From positions 101,806,001 through 101,870,000 of the forward strand of contig CM059432.1 in assembly GCA_030390025.1 (NCBI GenBank): 64,000 nucleotides of DNA. Direction: 5' to 3'. The notes under the pieces are model-generated. The model was not told where the DNA came from and did no database searches. It worked only from the letters and a program-made list of their open reading frames with translations. Of this stretch, positions 12,404 through 23,980 are shown piece after piece. Source of the DNA: Squalus acanthias (taxonomy: Eukaryota). A program made the translations under genes and the position numbers. How positions within the stretch are numbered: position 1 is the stretch's first letter; each line of letters begins with the position of its first letter.

Positions 12404-15400
12404 TTATGGACAGGACACACCTGGGCAATTTTCCACATTATCGGGTAGATGCCAGTGTTGTAGCTGTACTGGAACAGCTTAGCTAGAGACGCGGCTAGTT
12501 CTGGAGCACAAGACTTCAGCACGACAGCCGGGATGATGTCGGGGCCCATAGCCTTTGCTGTATCCAGTGCATTCAGCCTGTTTCTTGATATCACGTGGAG
12601 TGAATCGAATTTGCTGAAGACTGGCTTCTGTGATGATGGGGACCTCAGGTGGAGGCCGAGATGAATCATCTAGTCGGCACTTCTGGCTGAAGATGGGTGT
12701 GAGGCTTCAGTCTTGGTTTTTGCAGTCACATGCTGGGCTCGCCATCATTGAGGATGGGAAATTTCATGGATCTCCTCCCATTAGTTGTTTAATTGCTTAT
12801 CACCATTCATGACTGGATGTTGCAGGACTACAGAGCTTTGATCTGATCCGTTGGTTGTGGGATCACTTAGCTCTGTCTATAGCATGCTGTTTCCGCTGTT
12901 TAGAATGCATGTAGTCCTGTGTTGTAGCTTCACCAGGTTGCCACTTCATTTTTAGGCACACCTGATGCTGCTCCTGGCATGCTCTTCTACACTCCTTATT
13001 GAACCAGGATTGGTCCCCTGGCTTGGTGGTATTGGTAAAGTGAGGGATATGCCGGGCCATGAAGTTACAGATTGTGGTGGAATACAATTCTGCTGCTGCT
13101 GCTGATGGCCCACAGCGCCTCATGGATGCTCAGTTTTGAGCTGCTAGATCTGTTCTGAATCTATCCCGTTTAGCATGGTGGTAGTGCCACACAACACGAT
13201 GGAGTGTGTCCTCAGTGTGTACAGATGGGACTTCGTCCCCACGAGGGCTGTGTGGTCGTCACTCCTACCAATACTGTCATGGACAGTTGCATCTGCGACA
13301 GGTAGATTGATGAGAACGAGGTTAAGTAGGTTTTTCCCTCGTGTTGGTTCGCCACCTGCCTCAGGCCCAGACTGGCAGCTATGTCCTTCAGGACTCAGTC
13401 AGCTCAGTCAGTAGTGGTGCTACCAAGCCACTCTTTGTGATGGACATTTAAGAGACCCCACCCAGAGTACATTCTGTGCCCTTGCTACCCTCAGTGCTTG
13501 TTCCAAGTGCTGTTCAACATGGAGTACTGATTCATCAGCTGAGGGAGGGTGGTAGGTGGCAATCAGCAGGAGGTTTCCTTGCCCATGTTTGACCTGATGC
13601 CATGAAACTTGGGGTCCGGAGTCAATGTTGAGGACTCCCAGGGCCACTCCCTCCCGACTGTATACCACTGTGCTGCAGTGGGACAGGACATACCCAGGGA
13701 TGGTGAAGGAACAAACTGGGACGTTGACTGAAAGGTATGATTTTGTGAGTATGTTAGACTGTTGCTTGACTAGTCTGTGGGACAGCTCTCCCAATTTTGG
13801 CACTAATCCCCAGATTAGTGAGGAAGACTGGGTCGCCTGGGCTGGCTGTGCCTTTGTCGATGCCGGGTGGTCCATCTGGTTTTATTCTTTGTCTATGGTT
13901 TTGTACAACTGAGTGCCTTGCTAAGCCATTTCAGAGGCCAGTTATTGCTGTGGGTCTGGAGTCACATATAGGCTAGACCAGTAAGATTTCCTTCCCTAAA
14001 GGACATTAGTGAACCAGTAGACAATCCGGTAGATTCATGGTCAACATTACTGATACTAGTTTTTTATTCCAGATTTATTAATCAACTGAATTTAAATTCC
14101 CCAGCTGCCATGGTGGGGATTTGAAGATCAATAGTCCAGGCCTCTGGATTACTAGTCCAGTAACATAACCACTATGCTTCCGTACCCTTATCATCATGGA
14201 AATAGAATTCAGTGGGTTAATCAAATCTTCCATATTCTTCCAATTTCAATTTTGCTCTTTATCCTCCAAATTACATTCACCTTTTGACCTCATTCCTGAA
14301 CCCATGACTATAACAGAGCTATTTTGAATCCAAATGTTTTAACAATGTAATCAAGATATCAGTGCAAAGCTAATCCAATCTTGAATAAAGTGAATAATAC
14401 TGTTTCAATGACACTGCAGACAGATAATGAATTAGTGTAAAACCATAAATGGTTAAGAAGTAATGTAAGGTTCAAACATATTACACAGCAAGTGTAATAT
14501 TAAGAAAGCCAGCTTCAGTATTCCGTAAAGTTAAAATTTTCAATTCAAACAGAGATATCATTATTCACATTGTCAGTTTTTATAGCCATTCGACTCATAT
14601 TTTCAGCAATTATTACGTCTCAATAAAGATATACCATTTAATATTTCTGAGCTGTGTGTAGTATAGGATATACTCAGTATATCCACTTGTTATTTTTTTA
14701 AGGTTAGGGTCCTGCTTCCAAAAGTTCAAGATAGCAAATCATTCAAGGTCAAGGCAATGTGGGAGCCATCTTTTAATGAAGATGGGTTATGTCGTAATTA
14801 TCATTATGAAGATCTATTTTTACATTATACTATGATCTTATTAATTGATTCATTTTTAGATCCAGCCCTAGAAATTGTTAGAAGTGAACAAATGAAAATA
14901 TTAAAGTTGCAGTCAGAAAAATATCAAAATATCAGCAACAGTAATTTCTAGGGTATATAAAATATAGTGCCATAGCAAGTAGTGAGTCAAGAAACAAGTA
15001 TATTATTTTGTTGCTAGATTATCATAATGTACACGATTCACCTCTATAGCTTTCAGTCCGGCTTAGTGGGGATTGTTGAAATTTCAGGGTCTTGCCTTAG
15101 ATATTCTCCTGGGTACAATAGTGCTGGCCACTCCCTTAAGTGGTCTGAGCACCATACATTCTGGGTGTGCCTGTACTGCTCAAAATCTAACTACACGATA
15201 GTATAACCTGCATTGCAACAGTCTTGTCCCCTTGTAATCTAAATTGGATATTCATGTCTTTCACACATGTGCTTGAATTTCTCTGAAGGCCGACCGAGCA
15301 AACACTTGGTGAGACAAGGCAAGATACAAATTGTTAGGCTGCTTTACTTCACACCACGTAAACTGCAGTTATGAATGAATTCACTTATTTTCAATCTGTA

Positions 15401-17784
15401 CAACTTTTCTTCCTGGAAGAATATAAAATAGTGAATAAGCTGTGCTTCCCCCATATCAGTGAGTCATCTTGCTTGACTTAAAAAAACTAATTTAATAACT
15501 ACTCTCTCCTACATTTTGATCTTGCAGCCTTTGCTGGCCCAACTGCCTTAGAGCTTTTTGTTTCAAAAACCTGATCAATTACTTGTATCTGTATCTCCAT
15601 CCCTGTGCTTTATCTTCCTTTATTCACAGCCTGAAAGGGATCAGAGACTATCCAACACAATGGGTGTGAGCTGTTTTTCATTGCTGAGACAGGCTAATGA
15701 ATTGCTTATTATTTATGGTTTATCGGGAAACAAGATCTAAGCTAGCTCAGAAGCATCTTAACTATCTATCATTTCAGAGGCATTTTTCAAAACTAGCATG
15801 AATATACTATCTTTCTTTGGAAAAATAGACAAAAAATCCTGAACATGACAGGAGGTATGTTCTTTAATGAAGTAGCATACATGTTAGAAAATATTTACAT
15901 GTATATGAAAAGTCCAATTCAAAATGGTAGAAAATATACCAAATAATGGGCCAAAAATCTAAATTTTCTGGAGCATGCCCTTCAACCCTTCTTTGGGAAA
16001 AAAAATCCTTCACATGTACTGTAAACCCAGTTCTAACATGTCCACTATGCCACTGGTTCTGACCACAAATGAACAAATGATCAATTACAGTTTTGTGCAG
16101 ATATCATCCATGAGACATCTTACATTGACCATTCATGCATTGTGATCTTGTACTTTACACCAGCACCAAACATTTTGCTGATTTTGCAGTGATCAGAAAG
16201 TTACCATTGGTAGTAAGACCACATAGAAGAGTTCATCTTGCATCATTGGCAATGTGTATCGACTGTAGTATGATTGCAAACAGTGTAAAGCTAACTTTTT
16301 AAACTCAGCAAGACAGCCAGATCTTTTCTGAAGTTAGAAATTTCACCTGAATAAGGTTAATGACCGGAGCTCCATATATGCGTTTAAACATAAAGGTGTG
16401 TTCTCTTTAGTTTGAGAGTAGTGCAATTAGGGAGTTATAGCCATGGCTGCTCACTTGCGCCACTGCCTGAAATGCTCCCAACTCTGTACCGTATATCTAC
16501 TGCATTACAAACTATTAAACAATGGATGTGCGAGCATTCAGTATTCAAAATGGAGGGTACGGCCTTTAAAGAAAACATAAACAACACTTTCAAAAAAGGG
16601 AAGCCGGTGGCCAGCTGCTCTTTGCAGATAACCACAACCCTCCCCCAGCCCAGAAGAATCAAATGCAACAGATTGTGTTTCTTTTTTAAATGCTGTTCAC
16701 TTGTAATATCACCTAGTCCTGAGGAAGGGTTTGGTTTGATGCATTCCTGGAAATTTGATCATGAAACAGCATTAACAGTTTTTTTCTGGAATCTTTTCCA
16801 CATAGTCTGTGGGGAAAACCATTTATTTAATCTCCACTGAGGTTAGTTATTTAGTATTTATCTTTCTTAATCCCAATTTCTGAGTAAGAACCAATACATT
16901 TAAAGTATGTTTTTAGTGTACCACAACAGGAAATGAAGGCACAGTCACCCTTGCTCTCCTGCAGAGTGACAGTAGGGCAGTATTCACATTACATAAAATA
17001 GACTCAAACTGAGCTGCTAAAACAACCTTATACATTCTTTGTTAAATATGTAAAGCTGATTCCTCTTGGTAACACAACAGTCTTTCCTCCAAATAATACC
17101 TCTTAATGAGAGAGGGAGAGAGGACAGAGAAATATTTTAGTATACTTATAGCAACAAAGAATTCATTAGAACTCAAGCCATAATCCCACACCTAATCTGT
17201 CCACTGTTTGATCTTGGACTTGGCAAAAGTTGGCAACCTCACTGCAATTCATTCTCTTCTTCAATACAGGCTTTGTTGGAGTTATGCTCGATCACTTCTG
17301 GGGACCAGGGAATGCTTATGTGGAATTATTTCCCAGGAAACTAAAATTGGATACCATTTTTACTAGGAAAAATTGTACATGGACTGTGAAAGGATGAGGT
17401 TTGATGAGCCAAAAGGTCCTCTAAATATTCCATGTTTTAGTATTCTATACCTTATTCCCCCTCTTAACTGATTACGCTTACTGTGCGAAAACTTTGCAGT
17501 ATCACAAGTTTTCACTAGATGGAATACTCATAGTTGAAGTCTGTAGCACCAATTTTAACACTGGGCACGTTTGGGGCAGGAATGATGTTAAGGCAAGCAG
17601 CGGGAGCAGGAACTGATGCGAGAGCTGGATGCAGCTTGGGACCTAAGGGAATGGTTTACAGCACAGGGTTAGTGCTGGGGGTGAGGGGATGTTTCCAAAC
17701 AGATACCAGTGCTGGGAGGAAGCAGGAAGGCAGGGGATGTGGAGGCTCAAGAATTCCTTGCAGGGCTTGGAGGAGCAATCACAA

Positions 17785-17912
17785 CTCCAATGCTCCCTCA
17801 GTACTGCAATGAAGTGTGTCACCTTAGACTATGTGCTCAAGTCTCTGAGTGGGGCTTGAACCCATGACTTTCTGACTCAGAGGTGAGAGTGCTACCATCA
17901 AGCCAAGGCTTC
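17785..17912 (-). mobile_element. tRNA-headed Deu-domain SINE fragment (SacSINE/AmnSINE-like)
   Basis: CTCCCTCAGTACTGCA...GTGCTCAAGTCTCT-GAGTGGGGCTTGAACCC (B box GGTTCAAGCCC on the minus strand). Homologous to 42160-42235. Family name is from memory. Confidence 0.65.
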
Positions 17913-19124
17913 GTAAAACAACACTGGCACTTTTGTGTTTATACACACCCAGAAATGTTTGATTGGAACAAATCTGAAACTACAATGGCAACGTAAGAAG
18001 TATTACATTTTCTAAAAGCTTAGCTGACAAGGTAAGCAATGGCTATCAAGTATTTTGTTTCCTAACTAGGGCTGAGAAATGTCCCTTCTCAAGGATGTCA
18101 GCATTTATTCTGCTAGATAAGCAATCTTGAGTTCATTACCAGCTCTCTCCAGAGAGACAGGTGATATGTTGGAAAGTGAAACCCCAAAGATACAGGAGGT
18201 GGTGATGAGGAGGCATTGCAACAAGCAGAATACAATAAGAAAATTAAACTTAAAGGAGAAAAAATAATCCCTGCAGAAATCCCTGCAGAAAATAGAGAAC
18301 AGCTACCTGTTTGAACCTTCATTAAGTAAATTTGTCTAATTTATTTTTATCACATTATAGTTGCATTAAATTTATTAATAAACCATTTCTACAATAACAT
18401 TGGACCGTATTTTGCGACCTCTACGGGTGCGTACGAGGTGTGTACGCTCCTATAGGGGCCGCGCAAGTTCTGGGTTTAGGCATGCGAAGCGCATGCGCTG
18501 AAACCCGGCACTTGCGATCGGTCAAGAATTCTCTTGACAGATCCTCCGCATCCCCAGGAGAAGGGCCTCTGCGGGTGGAGAGTTGCGCTATTTGCACAAC
18601 TTCCGCCTGCTGAATGCCTGTCAAATTCTTACGCCTGGTAAAAGGCCTGCTTTTACCAGCATAAGAGTTTTAAAAAATAGAAAAATAAAATGTTATCACT
18701 CATTTATAAATTAAAAATTCTCTTCAAAAAGGTAAGTTTATTTTTAGCACCGTAAAAACATTTAGGGGGAAAAATTAGGTCGCGCCCCATTTGGGGCGCA
18801 AATATCGTCTGGACGCAAATATTAGCGCCTGGCGCTAATTATCGCCACTGACTGGAAACTTCACTTTTACCGCCCCGGGAGGTGAGTGGAGCGCTAAATC
18901 AGGCGCTGCACACCTGTCTTAAGGCGCAAAGGCCGAGCAGTGAGGCGCTAACTCAGCGCGCGAGCGCAGCGCAGCTGCTGCCAGTTAGCGAGGGAACACA
19001 GACACACTGGCGCCGGCCACTTCTTAAAGCAGGGGGGGGCCAACTTGCTCCCCAGCCACACCCTGCTCATTGCAGCCTTGAATCTCGGCCTGGAGAGACC
19101 TGTGAATCCATTTTGCTGCCAAGG

Positions 19125-20944
19125 ATGGAGAGGGTGAGAGAACGAGCTCATCGCTTCACCGAGTGGGCCTTGGATGCTCTGGTTGGCGCGGTGGAGCGCA
19201 GAAGATGGATACTCTTCCCTGAGAGTGGCAGGAGGCCTTTGCCACGCGAGTACAGAAGAGTGTGGAGGGAGGTGGCTCAGAGCGTCTCCTCCAGGAGCAT
19301 GGTGCCCAGGACCCATACTCAATGCCGCAAAAAGTTCAACGACCTCACTCGGGTCGTCAGGGTGAGTGGCTTTTTCTCAATACCTCTCCATCCCTCCATC
19401 TCAACCTCACTCTATGGCCAGAGGGTCTTAAAACCCCAATGCACAACACTCATCCAACACCTATGGCCCTTTCATGAAACACACACACACATTCCACACT
19501 TTGCATACAGTAAGGGCTATTCACCTATGGGAGGCACATCAGGCAAGACCATGGCTGCATACAGTAAGGGCTATTCACCTATGGGAGGCACATCAAGCAA
19601 GACCATGGCTGTATATTTACTCAGATGCTGTCCTTTTTCTTACAGGCCAAGCTGGCGCATAATCGGAGACAGCAGCAACGGACAGGTGGAGGGCGGCCTC
19701 AGCTGCAACCCCTCAGCGATCTTGAGGAGCGCGTCCACAGGATTGTGGCAAGCCGGGTGATCGGTCCCGTCGCCACTGGAGACGCCGACCCCGTTCTGGA
19801 CAGCAATGGTAAGGTCATCACCTTTTTGTCCTCTGTCCTTCCACTTGTCCCTCACAACACCAGCCTTTGACACTTTCAATCCAACTTGCTAACTCGCTGC
19901 ACTTATTCCTCCCTTACTGCCACCCTGTCCTCACGCTAAAGCCACTCTTGTACCTCCCTGCTTTCAGATGGTGATTCACCAGCTGAGGAGACGGGCCCTG
20001 AAGCTGCCACTGGGAGTGAAGCTGCAGCCGAGGAGGAAGAGGAAGCCGGAGCATCAGTGCCACCCTCTCCCGAGGAAGCCCATGCCCACACTGGGAACAC
20101 GCCTTCCCTGGAGGGGAGCAGGGGGGAAGGGTCTGATGAGGGTGAAGCTCCAGGACCCAGCGGGCTGCAGCAATGCCATGGGGGTAGGGAAGAACGGGGG
20201 CCTTCTCCCCAGAGGGAGAGTATGCCAGAGACTCCTACTGCAATGGACGCAGAGGAGGAGCGGCTGATCGCAGAAATGAACACCCAGGCGGTGGGCATGC
20301 ACACTGAGCTCATGGGTGCAGTGGGAAGGGTGCCCGAATGCATTGAGTCACTGGCAAGGAGTGTGGAGCACTTCGCTGTAGCACAGGCGGATGCCACACT
20401 AACGCTTAGTGCTGCAATTCAGTCACTGGCTGCCGTGATCCCATCTCTGACTGCTCTCATGCAGACTCAGATTGAGGCCACGCGAGCACAGACTGCTGCC
20501 AACCTCGATGGTTCGTTCACATGTCCCCGGGGCTCTCACCGCGCCGCAGCAGGCCAGCAATCTGTTCTCCAGCAGATTGCTCCGGATGCTGAAGTGCTGC
20601 CCCGTGGGAGTGCCAGTGTGTCGGGCGAGCAGGGAGTTGCTGTCCTCTCTCACGATGACAGCATTCCTGCTGCCAACACTGTCACTTCTCCACTGCACTT
20701 GCCACCGCCTGTAGGACAGACTGCTGCCGCCCATGCAGAGTTGGTGCAGTCTGCAGCCGGGCCCTCCAGGCCCAGAACTGGTCGAGGCCGTCCTTCAGGG
20801 GCATCTGCAGTGTCAGGGTCTGACGAGCAGCAGCCTTCCACCAGCCTTGCTGCAGCCACTGAGGTCCCATTACGGAGGAGCAGTAGGGTTAGAAGGGGGG
20901 AAGTGCGCAAGGGAAGGAGATCACCCTCGAAGGGCAAAAAGTAG
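19125..20944 (+). CDS. Harbinger Myb/SANT-like (trihelix) DNA-binding protein, 3 exons (19125-19361, 19646-19808, 19968-20944), 458 aa
   Basis: Exon 1 reads RFTEWALDALV...WREVAQSV...RTHTQCRKKFNDL; exon 2 reads AKLAHNRRQQQRTGGG. GT-AG junctions (AGG|gtgagt, ttacag|GCC, AATG|gtaagg, tttcag|AT) are phase-compatible (0, then 1) and give 1377 nt with no internal stop. Basic C-terminus. Confidence 0.9.
19502..19612 (+). repeat. 54-bp tandem duplication in intron 1 of the Myb-like gene
   Basis: Two near-identical copies of TGCATACAGTAAGGGCTATTCACCTATGGGAGGCACATCA(G/A)GCAAGACCATGGC. Confidence 0.9.
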
Positions 20945-21256
20945 GAGGTGTGACAAAATGCTGGTCATTTTTTTATTAAAGGTCGAGGTTCATGGTCCAA
21001 CTTTTGTTTAGTGTTTTGGACATTATCTCCAGGTTGTGAGAACCAGTTATGTTATTGACTGTTTTTTTGTGTTTATTTCTATGAGTTTGTCATGAGGAAT
21101 TGACACACACAGAGTTTGTAAAATAAATAAGTTTCTGTATTCAAAATATACATGGTTGGTGTTTGGAATTATTGGTGCCTTGGCCGGCTTAGGGGTTGCG
21201 TGCTGGGTTCATTGATGTTGTTAGCAATGGCAGAAGCCATTTCCACAGCAGGGGCC

Positions 21257-22417
21257 CTAGAAGCGGCTTGCTATTAGCCGTTGACGGACGGCCCTTGCAG
21301 TTTCACCATTGTGGGCCGCCCTCCCGCCTTGGTGCTGCTGATGATCATCCTCCTCGTCCTCTTCCTCCTCTTCCTCCTCCTCCTCTGGTGGTGCTCTAAG
21401 GCCTGGTGGCATTGGCTGGGTCCTGACGATTGCCATGTTATGCAACATGCAGCACACAACTACGAAGTTGGATACTCGCTCAGGCGAGTACTGCAGGGCT
21501 CCTCCAGAATGGTCGAGACAGCGGAACCGTTGCTTCAGCATGCCGATTGTGCGCTCAATTATGTTCCTGGTAGCTTGATGGCTCTCATTGTACCGCAGCT
21601 CAGCAGGGGTGTTGGGCGTACGGAGCGGTGTCATCAGCCAGGTGCTCAATGCATACCCCTTGTCCCCGAGAAGCCAACCAACTGGCTGATGCGGTGCCTC
21701 GAAAAGTTCTGCCACAGTAGTCTGGCGCAGGATAAAAGCATCGTGGCAGCTGCCAGGATAGTGGGCATTGACAGCGAGTATCAGCTGTCTGTGGTCACAG
21801 ACCAACTGAACATTCAAGGAATGGAACCCCTTTCTGTTCCTGAATTCCTCGGCATTCTCATGTGGAGCACGCAAAGCCACATGCGTGCAGTCAATGGCGC
21901 CCTGCACCATGGGGAAGCCCGCTATCCTTGCAAAGCCCAGAGCGCGGTCACGCTGCTTGTCTGGGGTCATGGGGAAAGAGATGAACTCTCGTCTCCTTTT
22001 AAAGAGGGCATTTGTGACCTGCCGGATGCAGCAATGCACCGCGAACTGGGAGATATTGGCGAGGTCCCCAGCAGCAGCTTGAAATGAGCCAGTAGCGTAG
22101 AAGTTGAGAGCCACTGTGACCTTCACTGCCACCGACAGAGATGTCCTGGACCTCAGTTGAGGCTGCAGATCTGGCTGCAGCAGGTGGCAGAGCTCAGTGA
22201 CCACCTCCTTGCTGAATCGCAGCCTTTGCAAACACAGCTCCTCAGACATATGAATGTAGGAGAGCTGTTCACGATATACCCTGGGAGGGTAAGCTCTCCT
22301 GTACATACGCCTGTTGGCCCTCCTCCATTTGGCCATCATTGCCACTCTCTCTCTGCGTCTCTGTGTCCTCCGATTCAGCTGGAGCAGGACGACGCCCCCA
22401 ATCAGTGCAGCCCCCAT
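21257..22417 (-). CDS. Harbinger DDE transposase (HARBI1-like, DDE_Tnp_4 type), 386 aa from the ATG at 22417
   Basis: Uninterrupted ORF with GAIDCTH, NRKGFHSLNVQ, YPGSCHD, LLGDKGY and IERTIGMLKQRFRCL motifs (D, D, E triad), an N-terminal HTH-like region and an acidic tail. Confidence 0.95.
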   Translation of the reverse strand: MGAALIGGVVLLQLNRRTQRRRERVAMMAKWRRANRRMYRRAYPPRVYREQLSYIHMSEELCLQRLRFSKEVVTELCHLLQPDLQPQLRSRTSLSVAVKVTVALNFYATGSFQAAAGDLANISQFAVHCCIRQVTNALFKRRREFISFPMTPDKQRDRALGFARIAGFPMVQGAIDCTHVALRAPHENAEEFRNRKGFHSLNVQLVCDHRQLILAVNAHYPGSCHDAFILRQTTVAELFEAPHQPVGWLLGDKGYALSTWLMTPLRTPNTPAELRYNESHQATRNIIERTIGMLKQRFRCLDHSGGALQYSPERVSNFVVVCCMLHNMAIVRTQPMPPGLRAPPEEEEEEEEEDEEDDHQQHQGGRAAHNGETARAVRQRLIASRF

Positions 22418-22609
22418 AGTCTCTTTGCAAGCAAAGTAATGAAGGACAGCAACTAAAGTACTAGCGAAGTTAGGATCAGTAGGCAAAACTACCTCACAAA
22501 GCGTTGAGTCAATGCAGAAGTCTCTCTCTCTCTCTCTCCGAATCTCTCTCTCTCTCTCAGAACGAGTGGTGCAAAAATGTCAACCACAGAAAAAGACAGG
22601 AAGAGGCCC

Positions 22610-22620
22610 CCTTTAAATAG
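22610..22620 (-). promoter_or_regulatory. Candidate TATA box of the transposase gene
   Basis: CTATTTAAAGG on the minus strand ~200 bp upstream of the ATG. The same GCGCTATTTAAAGGG motif is kept in related derivatives at ~39244 and ~58374. Confidence 0.45.
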
Positions 22621-23980
22621 CGCCCCCCCCCAGCCCCACAGCGATTGATAGCATTCCAGTCTTCCGGTCGTTGGATGCGCCAGGCGGTAAGGCAGGGGGC
22701 GCCACTCAATTTCCGCTCCGGGGCGCCACAAGGGCGTTGCACCATGGAATGACGTCACAATCTGCGCGCGCAGGTGGTCGCAGCGGTAAAGTTTAGCGCC
22801 GCCGCACAATCTCTAGTTAAGTTCCCGAGCGACGCAAACATCGCTGCGCCCGGGCGTAAGCGGCTTTGCGCCCCATTAGCGCCCTCTTAAGGCGCTAACG
22901 GGAGGCGCAACCAACTGAATTTTTACCCCTTAATTTTTTCAAAAAATTTAATTTTTGTTTAAAATATTTAATGAAATGGCATTTTCATTAATTTTAAATA
23001 TGTAATGTTTTTTTAAAATTTATTTCATGTGTTGGTGCATGTTTTAAGTTATCCCCATTCATAATTATGACAGTTCCGTACATACGGAACTGTCATAAGT
23101 ATGAATGGGGATTCCCTTCTTTTATTGGTTGGGCTGGCCCATGTGATCCCAGGAGCGCCTACGAACCGCTTGCGCCCCTTGGATACGTGGGGCTCTGCCC
23201 GCGTGGACCCGGAGAGGACCAGGATCGCATTCCGCCATTCCTCCCGGGCCACCAGGTACTTTCGTAGACATTTTGCAGGTCGGAGGCGGAGGGAAGCCTC
23301 CGATCGCAATTGTTGGCCCAATGAATTTTCTCTAATGACTAGCATTGTTCAAAGGAAAGTACCTAAAGGGTTTACTTTTTTAGGTTTAATCTCAGTGGAT
23401 GACATGCTTGGCAATAACAGTTTGTGAGATAGATAAATTAAGTTACACAATTTAATCGCTAAATAAGCTATTTAGCAGTTTGAGCAGAATTCATTTAAAC
23501 TCAGTCGAAATCAATAATGAGTTTTACAGACGAATTGTCACAAGCTAATTACACTTATGCTGAGGTAATATTTTGAAATGAGTGCTGATTTCTATTAATA
23601 AGTCAAAAATCCAATAAGAACATATATTAGATCATAAATCACGTCATATTGTAAATTTTAAAAGTGCTGGGGTTATCCTAATTTATAACGGATATAAAAG
23701 AAACACAGTTGTAACAGTAGGAGAATAGTCAATAATTCTGACAAGCTGATATGATCATAAGCTTTACATTACAAGCTTATCCTATCCTGATATGAATATG
23801 ATTACATTCAGTTATTATCCACAGGATTGATATACTGTACTCCAAAATATGACTTCTATTTTACACTATTGGGATAATTTTCAATTTGTATTGCGATAAT
23901 CTGGTCCTTAAGGATTTAAAAAGAGGGCTGTCCCCAATCACATAGCATTTAGTATTAAATTATCATCTAAATAATAGATT

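Larger units (their letters stand above)
11755..14187 (-). mobile_element. Decayed LINE (APE + RT, CR1-group) with a tRNA-like 5' head
   Basis: Fragments of endonuclease (IWGLVPKLGEL, LLIATYHPP) and RT (KAMGPD, NYRPISLLS). Same family as 47904-50268. The 5' end at ~14187 has A/B-box-like sequence. Confidence 0.85.
18765..22929. mobile_element. Full-length autonomous PIF/Harbinger DNA transposon (4165 bp)
   Basis: Imperfect TIRs: GGGGGAAAAATTAGGT at the left end and GGGGTAAAAATTCAGT (reverse complement) at the right end. TTA duplicated at 18762-18764 and 22930-22932. Encloses a Myb-like gene (+) and a DDE transposase (-). GC-rich subterminal regions carry repeated GGCGCTAA/TTAGCGCC. Confidence 0.95.
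18402..23319 (+). mobile_element. Hairpin-rich MITE (Harbinger-type, non-autonomous) split by the autonomous element into 18402-18764 and 22930-23319
   Basis: Termini GGACCGTATTTTGCG and CGCAATTGTTGGCCC. Removing the insert restores an AT-rich linker (GGTAAGTTTATTTTTAGCACCG...TAATTTTTTCAAAAAATT) that matches the MITEs at 1599 and 40400. Confidence 0.85.

Noticed and set aside
19502..19612. CRISPR-like or other repeat-spacer array
   Set aside because: It is a simple two-unit tandem duplication with no spacers, in eukaryotic DNA.
18882..19760. 292-aa single-exon ORF
   Set aside because: It is read-through of exon 1 into intron 1. The spliced model explains the conserved motifs better.
21257..22486. 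Domesticated host gene HARBI1
   Set aside because: It lies within TIRs and a TSD, is paired with a Myb-like gene and is nested in a MITE, so it is a transposon copy. The ORF-track start at 22486 is not an ATG.
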